DNA of 64,000 nt from an uncultured Erysipelotrichaceae bacterium (GTDB lineage: Bacteria > Bacillota_I > Bacilli_A > RF39 > UBA660), in assembly GCA_902779035.1 (NCBI GenBank), contig CACZAH010000002.1:16688-80687 (forward strand), given 5' to 3'. The stretch's first letter is position 1. Each line of letters opens with the position of its first letter. Positions 57,198-64,000 of this stretch are shown here, one piece after another. Made by a program: the position numbers and the translations under genes. The notes beneath the pieces are model-generated. The model did no database searches and was not told the origin of the DNA. It saw only the letters and a program-made list of their open reading frames with translations.

Positions 57198-57802
57198 TAT
57201 CTAATCTCCTCCACTTTTTTACCACGTAGACGAGCAACTTCTTCTACTGTTTTTTGTGCTTTTAAAGCATTAAGTGTAGCATATGCCATATTAATTTTTG
57301 TATTAGAACCAAGTGATTTAGATAAAATATCTTTTATACCAGCCATTTCAAGTACTGAACGAACAGGACCACCTGCTTTAACTCCTGTACCTTTAGCGGC
57401 TGGCTTTAACATAACTCTACTAGCGCCTTCACGACCGATTGCCTCGTGTGGAATAGTACGTTCATCAACTATAGAAACATTAACAATGTTCTTGGTTGCA
57501 TTTTGAACTGCTTTCTTAATTGCATCAGGTACTTCATTAGCTTTACCAGTACCTAATCCAACTTTACCTTTCTTATCTCCAACTACTACAACGGCTGAAA
57601 AACGGAAATGACGTCCACCTTTTGTTACTTTTGTAACACGACCAATAGATATTACATCTTCTTCATAAAGTTTTGGCTGTCTTTGACGATTTCTAGGACG
57701 TCTATCTCTTTTTGTTTGAGGTTGTTTATCAAATTTCTTAGCTTGTTTTTTTTCAGTAGATTTAGTTTCTACTTCTTCAACCTTCTTTGTAATTTCTTCC
57801 AT
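57197..57802 (-). CDS. rpsE: 30S ribosomal protein S5 with a ~35-aa basic N-terminal extension. rplO follows directly, with no rpmD/L30 gene in between
   Basis: The S5 core [18 protein letters not shown]...; the extension [44 protein letters not shown] is confirmed by an AGGAGGAA RBS at the first ATG. Confidence 0.95.
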   Translation of the reverse strand: MEEITKKVEEVETKSTEKKQAKKFDKQPQTKRDRRPRNRQRQPKLYEEDVISIGRVTKVTKGGRHFRFSAVVVVGDKKGKVGLGTGKANEVPDAIKKAVQNATKNIVNVSIVDERTIPHEAIGREGASRVMLKPAAKGTGVKAGGPVRSVLEMAGIKDILSKSLGSNTKINMAYATLNALKAQKTVEEVARLRGKKVEEIR

Positions 57803-57815
57803 TATATTCCTCCTA

Positions 57816-58178
57816 TTAGAATTCTAAACCATTCTCACGTGCAGCTTCAGCCAAAGCCTTAACACGACCATGATAAAGGTATCCACCTCTATCAAATACA
57901 ACTTTTGATATTTTTGCTTTTTTAGCTTTTTTAGCAAGCAACTCTCCTACTTTAGTAGCAGCTTCAACATTTCCACCATTAGTAAGCTTTAATTCTTTAT
58001 CTAATGATGATGTACTAACTAAAGTAACCCCAGCTTCATCATCGATGATTTGAGCAAAAATATTACTATTTGATCTAAAAACATTTAATCTAGGCACATC
58101 TTTTGTACCTGATACTTTATTTCTGATACGAGTATGTCTTGCAACTCTTGCATCATTACGAACAACTTTTTTGATCAT
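57816..58178 (-). CDS. rplR: 50S ribosomal protein L18
   Basis: Conserved L18 sequence and order. Confidence 0.95.
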   Translation of the reverse strand: MIKKVVRNDARVARHTRIRNKVSGTKDVPRLNVFRSNSNIFAQIIDDEAGVTLVSTSSLDKELKLTNGGNVEAATKVGELLAKKAKKAKISKVVFDRGGYLYHGRVKALAEAARENGLEF

Positions 58179-58196
58179 ACTTACTCTCCTCTCTTA

Positions 58197-58730
58197 TTAT
58201 TTAGAAGCTTTCTTTCCTTCTTTACGACGTATATGCTCATCAGCATATCTAATACCTTTTTCTTTATAAGGCTCAGGTTTTCTTATACTTCTTACTTCAG
58301 CTGCAAATTGTCCTACTAATTGTTTATCAATTCCTTTTACAAATAATTCCGTATTACTTGGAGAATCCAAAGTTATACCTTCTGGAACTTTAACCTTAAC
58401 AGGATTTGAATAACCAGCTGAAACAACTAATTCTTTTCCTTTTACTTGAAAACGATATCCAACACCAACTGCTTCAAGTTTTTTAGAATAACCTTCAGTT
58501 ACACCAATAATCAAATTTTGAATATTAGCATTTGCAGTACCATGAAAATTTTTAAAATTATCATTTTTTCTTGTTACTTTAACTGAGGCTTCAGAAACTT
58601 CAACACTAATGTTCTTATTAATTACAGTAGAAAGTTCGCCTTTAGGTCCTTTTACTGTAACAATATTTCCATCAACATTTACAGTTACACCTGTTGGTAT
58701 ATTAATTATTCTATTTCCAACACGACTCAT
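58197..58730 (-). CDS. rplF: 50S ribosomal protein L6
   Basis: MSRVGNRIINIPTGVTVNV... Confidence 0.95.
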   Translation of the reverse strand: MSRVGNRIINIPTGVTVNVDGNIVTVKGPKGELSTVINKNISVEVSEASVKVTRKNDNFKNFHGTANANIQNLIIGVTEGYSKKLEAVGVGYRFQVKGKELVVSAGYSNPVKVKVPEGITLDSPSNTELFVKGIDKQLVGQFAAEVRSIRKPEPYKEKGIRYADEHIRRKEGKKASK

Positions 58731-58743
58731 ATTATTTTCCTTT

Positions 58744-59136
58744 CTACCAAATGTAAGCTAATACTTCTCCACCAAGTGAAGCTTTTCTTGCATCTTTATC
58801 TGTCATTAATCCTTTAGATGTTGAGATAATTGCAATACCAAGTCCACTTAAAACAGTAGGAATTTCTTCAGCTTTTGCATAAACACGTAATCCTGGTTTA
58901 GAAATTCTTTTAAGTCCAGTAATTACACGTTCCTTGTCTACATATTTTAATGATAAAACAAGGATATTTTGAATATTATTTTTCTTAATCTTATAATCTG
59001 ATATAAATCCTTCTTCTTTTAAAATTCTAGCGATTTCATTTTTTATTTTTGAAGCAGGTACTTCAACTTCTTTATATCGCATAACATTTGCATTACGAAT
59101 ACGCGTAAGCATATCTGCGATTGGATCTGTTACCAT
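58744..59136 (-). CDS. rpsH: 30S ribosomal protein S8
   Basis: [16 protein letters not shown]..; start at an ATG with a GGAGGAA RBS. Confidence 0.95.
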   Translation of the reverse strand: MVTDPIADMLTRIRNANVMRYKEVEVPASKIKNEIARILKEEGFISDYKIKKNNIQNILVLSLKYVDKERVITGLKRISKPGLRVYAKAEEIPTVLSGLGIAIISTSKGLMTDKDARKASLGGEVLAYIW

Positions 59137-59150
59137 AACTTTCCTCCTTC

Positions 59151-59336
59151 TTACCAACTAGATTTTTTCATTCCTGGTATTTGTCCTTTATAAGCTAATT
59201 CTCTAAAACAAATTCTACAAATGCCATATTTTTTAAGTACAGCATGAGGACGACCACATCTATTACAACGTGTATACTTACGTACCTCGAATTTAGGTTC
59301 ACGACTAGCTTTTACCTTCATACTTTTCTTAGCCAT
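59151..59336 (-). CDS. rpsZ: 30S ribosomal protein S14 type Z (zinc-binding, 61 aa)
   Basis: [25 protein letters not shown]. Confidence 0.95.
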   Translation of the reverse strand: MAKKSMKVKASREPKFEVRKYTRCNRCGRPHAVLKKYGICRICFRELAYKGQIPGMKKSSW

Positions 59337-59351
59337 ATTTTCCTCCTAAGT

Positions 59352-59891
59352 TTATTTTTTAAATGGCATACCGAATCCCTTTAAAAGATCGTAAGCTTCT
59401 TCATTAGTCTTTGCAGTTGTTACAAAAACTATATCCATACCACGTACTTTAACAACAGAATCATATTCTATTTCCGGGAATATTAATTGTTCTGTTAATC
59501 CTAAAGTATAATTTCCTCTTCCATCGAATGCCTTATTTGAGATACCTCTAAAATCTCTTACACGTGGCAATGTAATACTGATTAATTTATCTAAGAAGTT
59601 ATACATTTTCTCACCACGTAAAGTTACCTTACATCCAATAGCTTGACCTTGTCTTAACTTAAATCCAGCTATTGATTTTTTAGCCTTAGTAGCAACTGGA
59701 GATTGACCAGTAATTATTTTTAAATCAGCCATAGCAGCCTCTAACATTTTAGAGTTAGATGATGCATCCCCACAACCAATATTTACTACTATCTTATCTA
59801 ATTTAGGTACTTCATTAACATTTGAATACTTATACTTTTCTTTTAATTCAGGAACGATACTGTTTTTATATTTTTCTTTTAGGCGGTTCAT
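59352..59891 (-). CDS. rplE: 50S ribosomal protein L5
   Basis: Conserved L5 sequence and order. Confidence 0.95.
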   Translation of the reverse strand: MNRLKEKYKNSIVPELKEKYKYSNVNEVPKLDKIVVNIGCGDASSNSKMLEAAMADLKIITGQSPVATKAKKSIAGFKLRQGQAIGCKVTLRGEKMYNFLDKLISITLPRVRDFRGISNKAFDGRGNYTLGLTEQLIFPEIEYDSVVKVRGMDIVFVTTAKTNEEAYDLLKGFGMPFKK

Positions 59892-59908
59892 ATATACCCT
59901 CCTTCCAA

Positions 59909-60223
59909 TTAATCAAGATTTGAATTAGATTTTTTACTAACTCTAATCTTCTTACCATTTTTGTCTGTAGAATGTCCTATTCTGGTAGGCTTTTTAGTTT
60001 TTGGATCAATAATCATAACATTTGAAGCATGAATTGGAGCTTCAATATCATTAATAGAACCAGCTTGTTGACCATTTCCTTTAACATGCTTTTTAACAAT
60101 GTTAACACCTTCAACAACAACTCTGTTTTCTTTTCTTAATACATTGATTATTTTTCCTTCCTTTCCTTTATCCTTTCCAGCGATGACAACTACTTTATCA
60201 CCAGTTTTAAAGTTCATTTTCAT
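59909..60223 (-). CDS. rplX: 50S ribosomal protein L24
   Basis: [25 protein letters not shown] (KOW motif). Confidence 0.95.
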   Translation of the reverse strand: MKMNFKTGDKVVVIAGKDKGKEGKIINVLRKENRVVVEGVNIVKKHVKGNGQQAGSINDIEAPIHASNVMIIDPKTKKPTRIGHSTDKNGKKIRVSKKSNSNLD

Positions 60224-60235
60224 TCCTCCAAACCA

Positions 60236-60604
60236 CTATAACACTTCTTTAGCAAGTGATATAATTTTCATAAAATTCTTATCACGTAATTCACGTGCTA
60301 CAGGCCCAAAAACACGAGTTCCAACTGGACTCTTATCATCCTTAATAATAACGGCAGCGTTATCATCAAATTTGATATATGATCCATCAGCTCTTCTTAG
60401 ACCAAACTTTGTTCTAACAACAACTGCTTTTACAACTTTTCCTTTTTGTACAGTTCCGTTAGGAGTTGCTTTTTTTACTGTTGCAACCACTATATCTCCA
60501 ATATTACCAGTCTTTACTTTACTGCCCCCAAGAACACGAATTACAGATAATTCTTTAGCTCCTGAATTGTCAGCAACTTTTAAACGACTTTCTTGTTGAA
60601 TCAT
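60236..60604 (-). CDS. rplN: 50S ribosomal protein L14
   Basis: [18 protein letters not shown]..; start with an AGGAGG RBS. Confidence 0.95.
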   Translation of the reverse strand: MIQQESRLKVADNSGAKELSVIRVLGGSKVKTGNIGDIVVATVKKATPNGTVQKGKVVKAVVVRTKFGLRRADGSYIKFDDNAAVIIKDDKSPVGTRVFGPVARELRDKNFMKIISLAKEVL

Positions 60605-60628
60605 AATTATCCTCCTATTCTTCGGCAA

Positions 60629-60889
60629 TTATAGTATAACTGCTTTTTCTACTACTTCTACTAAACGAAAATGTTTAGTCTTAGATAAAGGTCTTGTTTC
60701 AGCGATTCTTACCTTATCGCCAATTCTTGCTTCATTATTTTTATCATGTGCAGCATATTTTTTAGAATATTTAACTCTTTTACCATATAATTTATCTTTT
60801 TTATATGTTTCTACTAAAACAGTAATTGTCTTATCTGTTTTATCACTAACAACTTTTCCAACTAATTCACGAGTTCTTTTTTCTTGCAT
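60629..60889 (-). CDS. rpsQ: 30S ribosomal protein S17
   Basis: Conserved S17 sequence and order. Confidence 0.95.
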   Translation of the reverse strand: MQEKRTRELVGKVVSDKTDKTITVLVETYKKDKLYGKRVKYSKKYAAHDKNNEARIGDKVRIAETRPLSKTKHFRLVEVVEKAVIL

Positions 60890-60897
60890 AATTCCTC

Positions 60898-61095
60898 CTA
60901 TTTACTTTCTAGTTCACGTTCACGTAAAATTGTTTTCATACGTGCAACTAACTTTCTTAATTCATTAATTCTATGAGGTTTCTCTAAAGATCCAGTTGCT
61001 TGCTGGAAACGTAAGTTAAATAATTCTGCTTTAGTCTCTTCTATCTTGGAAACTATTTCTTCAGTAGATAATTCTCTTATTTCTTTATTAGTCAT
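60898..61095 (-). CDS. rpmC: 50S ribosomal protein L29
   Basis: Conserved L29 sequence and order. Confidence 0.95.
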   Translation of the reverse strand: MTNKEIRELSTEEIVSKIEETKAELFNLRFQQATGSLEKPHRINELRKLVARMKTILRERELESK

Positions 61096-61514
61096 TATCT
61101 AGCACCTTCCTTTTTAACAAATTTACATTTGATTGGGAGTTTGTGCATAGCAAGTCTTAAAGCTTCACGAGCTATTTCTTCAGATACTTCTCCTACTTCA
61201 AACATAACTTTTCCTTCTTTAACTACTGCAACCCATGAATCATGAGCACCTTTACCTTTACCTTGACGAGTTTCAAGTGGCTTCTTTGTTAATGAAAGGT
61301 GTGGGAATATATTAATCCATACTTTTCCTCCACGTTTCATATAACGAGTCATTGCAACTCTGGCAGCTTCTATTTGACGATCTGTAATCCAAGCACCCTC
61401 ACATGCCATAAGACCATAATCACCAAAGCTTACCTTAGTATTACCTTTTGCTTTTCCTTCATAAGAAAGGCGATGTGGATTACGATATTTAGTTCTTTTT
61501 GGAATTACTGCCAT
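61095..61514 (-). CDS. rplP: 50S ribosomal protein L16
   Basis: ..[20 protein letters not shown]... Confidence 0.95.
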   Translation of the reverse strand: MAVIPKRTKYRNPHRLSYEGKAKGNTKVSFGDYGLMACEGAWITDRQIEAARVAMTRYMKRGGKVWINIFPHLSLTKKPLETRQGKGKGAHDSWVAVVKEGKVMFEVGEVSEEIAREALRLAMHKLPIKCKFVKKEGAR

Positions 61515-62166
61515 CTACAATCCCTCCCTTATTTTTAGCAGGTAAGATTTCTCCTTTACAAATCCATACTTTAACACCAATTTTACCATAAGTAGTATCA
61601 GCTTCTTTGTGAGCGTAATCAATATCTGCTCTTAAAGTATGTAGTGGAATAACTCCTTCTGTATATCCTTCAGTACGAGCCATATCTGCTCCTCCTAAAC
61701 GACCTGATACAGCAGTCTTAATTCCTTTTGCTCCTGCTTTCATAGTGTTTCTGATTGCTCTTTTTTGAGCAATTCTAAATGATACACGCCCTTCAATTTG
61801 ACGAGCAATATTTTCAGCAACTAATGCAGCATCTAAATCTGGATTCTTAACTTCTTTAATAGAAATTTGAATATTTTCATCAGCTACTTTAGTTACTTCC
61901 TTCTTTAATTTCTCAATTTCTTCTCCCTTATGACCAATTACAACACCTGGCTTAGCAGTATTAATTATAATACTTGTCACTTTTGGATTTCTTTCAATAA
62001 GAATACTTGAAACTGATGCGTCTTTTAGTCTCTTACTCAAAAACTTACGAATCTTAACATCTTTATCTAAGAATTTTGCAAAATCTTTATTATCTGCATA
62101 CCATTTAGATTCCCAAGTCTTATTAATTCCCATTCTAAGTCCTATAGGACTAACTTTTTGACCCAC
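61489..62166 (-). CDS. rpsC: 30S ribosomal protein S3
   Basis: [24 protein letters not shown]..; overlaps rplP as usual. Confidence 0.95.
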   Translation of the reverse strand: MGQKVSPIGLRMGINKTWESKWYADNKDFAKFLDKDVKIRKFLSKRLKDASVSSILIERNPKVTSIIINTAKPGVVIGHKGEEIEKLKKEVTKVADENIQISIKEVKNPDLDAALVAENIARQIEGRVSFRIAQKRAIRNTMKAGAKGIKTAVSGRLGGADMARTEGYTEGVIPLHTLRADIDYAHKEADTTYGKIGVKVWICKGEILPAKNKGGIVDGSNSKKN

Positions 62167-62186
62167 AAGTTTTCCTCCTTTACAAA

Positions 62187-62522
62187 TTATTTCTCGTCAC
62201 TTACAACGATTGTAATGTGACTTGTTCTTTTCTTAATTGGATCTACGTGACCACGAGAACCAAATTTCATTCTTTTCATTGTTTGACCTTCATTAACATA
62301 TGCTTCTTTAACATATAATTTAGTTTTATCTAAACCTAAGTTGTTTAAAGCATTAGCTACTGCTGATGTTAAAACTTTCTTAGTTAATCTTGCAGCTTCA
62401 CTATTATAATTACTAACGATTTCATCAGCTTTTTGAACGTCTTTACCACGTATTAAATCAACTATTAAACGTGCTTTACGTGGAGGGATTCTAAGTCCCT
62501 TTGCAATTGCTCTTGCTTCCAT
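62187..62522 (-). CDS. rplV: 50S ribosomal protein L22
   Basis: Conserved L22 sequence and order. Confidence 0.95.
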   Translation of the reverse strand: MEARAIAKGLRIPPRKARLIVDLIRGKDVQKADEIVSNYNSEAARLTKKVLTSAVANALNNLGLDKTKLYVKEAYVNEGQTMKRMKFGSRGHVDPIKKRTSHITIVVSDEK

Positions 62523-62542
62523 TTTATCTTCCTTCCTAGGTT

Positions 62543-62809
62543 TTATTTCTTATCGTCGCCGTGACCACCAAATTTACGAGTTGCCACGAATTCTCCTAAT
62601 TTATGTCCTACCATATCTTCAGTAACATATACTGGAACAAATTCTTTTCCATTATGAACAGCAAAGGTATTTCCTACAAATTCAGGGAAAATTGTTGAAC
62701 GACGAGACCAAGTTTTAATAACTTCTTTCTTTTCAGAACTGTTAACTTTTTCAACCTTTTTCATTAAATGTTCATCAACAAAAGGTCCTTTTTTTACACT
62801 TCTTGCCAT
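62543..62809 (-). CDS. rpsS: 30S ribosomal protein S19
   Basis: [19 protein letters not shown]... Confidence 0.95.
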   Translation of the reverse strand: MARSVKKGPFVDEHLMKKVEKVNSSEKKEVIKTWSRRSTIFPEFVGNTFAVHNGKEFVPVYVTEDMVGHKLGEFVATRKFGGHGDDKK

Positions 62810-62823
62810 ATTTAATTTCCTCC

Positions 62824-63654
62824 CTATTTCTTACGACGACGTACAATAAGTGCGTCAGATTGTTTCTTACCTTTACGAGTCTTATATCCAAGTGCAGGTT
62901 TACCCCAAGGAGTAACTGGTCCTTTACGTCCGATAGGAGCACGACCTTCACCACCACCATGAGGGTGATCATTAGGGTTCATAACAGAACCACGAACAGT
63001 TGGTCTAATTCCCATATGTCTTTTACGTCCAGCTTTTCCTAAACTTACTAATTCATGATCTTCATTTCCAACTTCACCAATAACAGCACGACAAGTACTT
63101 AATACTTTACGCACCTCTCCACTTGTTAAACGAAGTAAAGTGTATTTTCCTTCAGTACCTAAAATTTGTACACTAGAGCCAGCAGAACGTGCCATTTGAG
63201 CACCTTTACCTGCTTTTAGTTCTACACAACAAACTACAGTACCATCTGGAATATTTTTAAGTGGTAAACAGTTTCCAACTTTAATATCTGCATTATCTCC
63301 ACTTTCAATTTTATCTCCTACTTTAAGCCCTTTAGGAGCTATTATATATCTTTTCTCACCATCAGCATAATTAATTAATGCAATGTGAGCAGATCTATTT
63401 GGATCGTATTCAATCGAAGTAACAGTTCCCTTGATACCATCTTTAAGTCTCTTAAAATCAATAATACGGTATTTTCTTTTTTCACCGCCACCTTGATTTC
63501 TAACTGTAATTCTACCTTGATTATTACGTCCCGCTTTTTTATGTAATGGACGAAGTAATGATTTTTCTGGAGCCACTTTAGTTAACTCACTATAATCTAA
63601 AGTGCTCATATTTCTTCTACCATTAGTTGTTGGTTTATAAACTTTTATTGCCAT
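62824..63654 (-). CDS. rplB: 50S ribosomal protein L2
   Basis: 276 aa; ...[27 protein letters not shown]... Confidence 0.95.
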   Translation of the reverse strand: MAIKVYKPTTNGRRNMSTLDYSELTKVAPEKSLLRPLHKKAGRNNQGRITVRNQGGGEKRKYRIIDFKRLKDGIKGTVTSIEYDPNRSAHIALINYADGEKRYIIAPKGLKVGDKIESGDNADIKVGNCLPLKNIPDGTVVCCVELKAGKGAQMARSAGSSVQILGTEGKYTLLRLTSGEVRKVLSTCRAVIGEVGNEDHELVSLGKAGRKRHMGIRPTVRGSVMNPNDHPHGGGEGRAPIGRKGPVTPWGKPALGYKTRKGKKQSDALIVRRRKK

Positions 63655-63672
63655 ATGATTTCCTCCTTTAGA

Positions 63673-63951
63673 TTAGTCAAGTTCAATAGAACTTCCTTCT
63701 TTTAATTTAACAATAGCCTTCTTAACTTTGTTAGTATATCCAGAATAACGTCCAACTCTTTTCTTTCTTGGATGAACATTAATTGTATTTACACTTTCTA
63801 CTTTAACATTGAAGATAGCTTCAATTGCTTGTTTAATTTGAGTTTTATTTGCTTTTACATCAACACTAAATGTATAAACATTATTCTCTTTTAAAGTTGA
63901 AGCTTTTTCAGTTATAATTGGAGCTTTTATAATATCTCTATAATTATTCAT
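63673..63951 (-). CDS. rplW: 50S ribosomal protein L23
   Basis: Conserved L23 sequence and order. Confidence 0.95.
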   Translation of the reverse strand: MNNYRDIIKAPIITEKASTLKENNVYTFSVDVKANKTQIKQAIEAIFNVKVESVNTINVHPRKKRVGRYSGYTNKVKKAIVKLKEGSSIELD

Positions 63952-63954
63952 ACT

Positions 63955-64000
63955 ATGCTAAAGCCTCCTCTATAGTTTTAACAGCAGCCTCAGTTGCAAT
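63955..64000 (-). CDS. rplD: 50S ribosomal protein L4, 3' end only (truncated by the window edge)
   Basis: The minus-strand translation ...[15 protein letters not shown] ends with TAG at 63955. Expected upstream of rplW. Confidence 0.7.

Overview
This 64 kb window is very AT-rich (roughly a quarter GC by eye) and comes from a Firmicute-type chromosome, coded mostly on the minus strand. The proteins read intact in the standard code, so there is no UGA=Trp recoding.

Layout (kb, minus strand unless noted):
- 52.2-64.0: the S10-spc-alpha ribosomal cluster, rplD (partial) through rplQ, with secY, adk, infA, rpmJ and rpoA. There is no rpmD (L30) between rpsE and rplO, and S5 has a basic N-terminal extension.
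- 49.3-52.1: an agr-type quorum-sensing locus sits right after the rplQ terminator. agrB and a 39-aa AgrD autoinducing-peptide precursor are on the + strand and converge on an overlapping LytTR response regulator/AgrC-like histidine kinase pair. AgrD carries an unusual CHLWI(L) candidate ring and a DEPECPENL tail.
- 40.9-49.0: csp, hpf and secA, then a WYL-HTH regulator with a 424-aa Cys-rich unknown protein, a tandem-thioredoxin membrane protein, and rplM-rpsI.
- 26.6-40.8: housekeeping, sporulation and germination genes. These include gerKA-KC-KB-like (+ strand), dacB-spmA-spmB, cwlD, two pseudouridine synthases, an rRNA methyltransferase, a GDPD, a ferredoxin and a DUF4143 AAA ATPase.
- 23.0-25.4: truA preceded by two degenerate EcfA-like ABC ATPases with no EcfT.
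- 20.25-20.70: a five-tRNA cluster (Val, Thr, Tyr, Gln, Lys) with a terminator. Next to it is a RhuM-family gene split at an A9 homopolymer, and a double-HTH XRE regulator (+ strand).
- 14.1-18.6: an operon of a 420-aa prepilin-leader (type IV pilin-like) protein, a Dam-family N6-adenine methyltransferase, a lytic transglycosylase and an HD dGTPase-like hydrolase.
- 11.4-12.0: a dinJ-yafQ toxin-antitoxin cassette bracketed by a 31-bp perfect direct repeat; each copy is a terminator hairpin.
- 0-10.4: a sortase-linked surface-protein locus. It holds two SpaA/CnaB-fold adhesins that share a novel Cys-containing N-terminal domain and end in non-LPXTG signals (VPNTFS, TPDTAG). Between them are a sortase with a 220-aa N-terminal extension and a membrane C39-like peptidase. 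An N-domain-less clpB (+ strand) sits alongside under a CIRCE/HrcA operator.

The mix of endospore genes with Mollicute-like traits (short ClpB under CIRCE, no L30) suggests, as an inference only, an Erysipelotrichia- or Clostridia-like spore former. The candidates most likely to be new biology are the sortase/adhesin locus, the agr cassette inserted after rplQ, the pilin-Dam-SLT-HD operon, and the WYL-linked 424-aa unknown.
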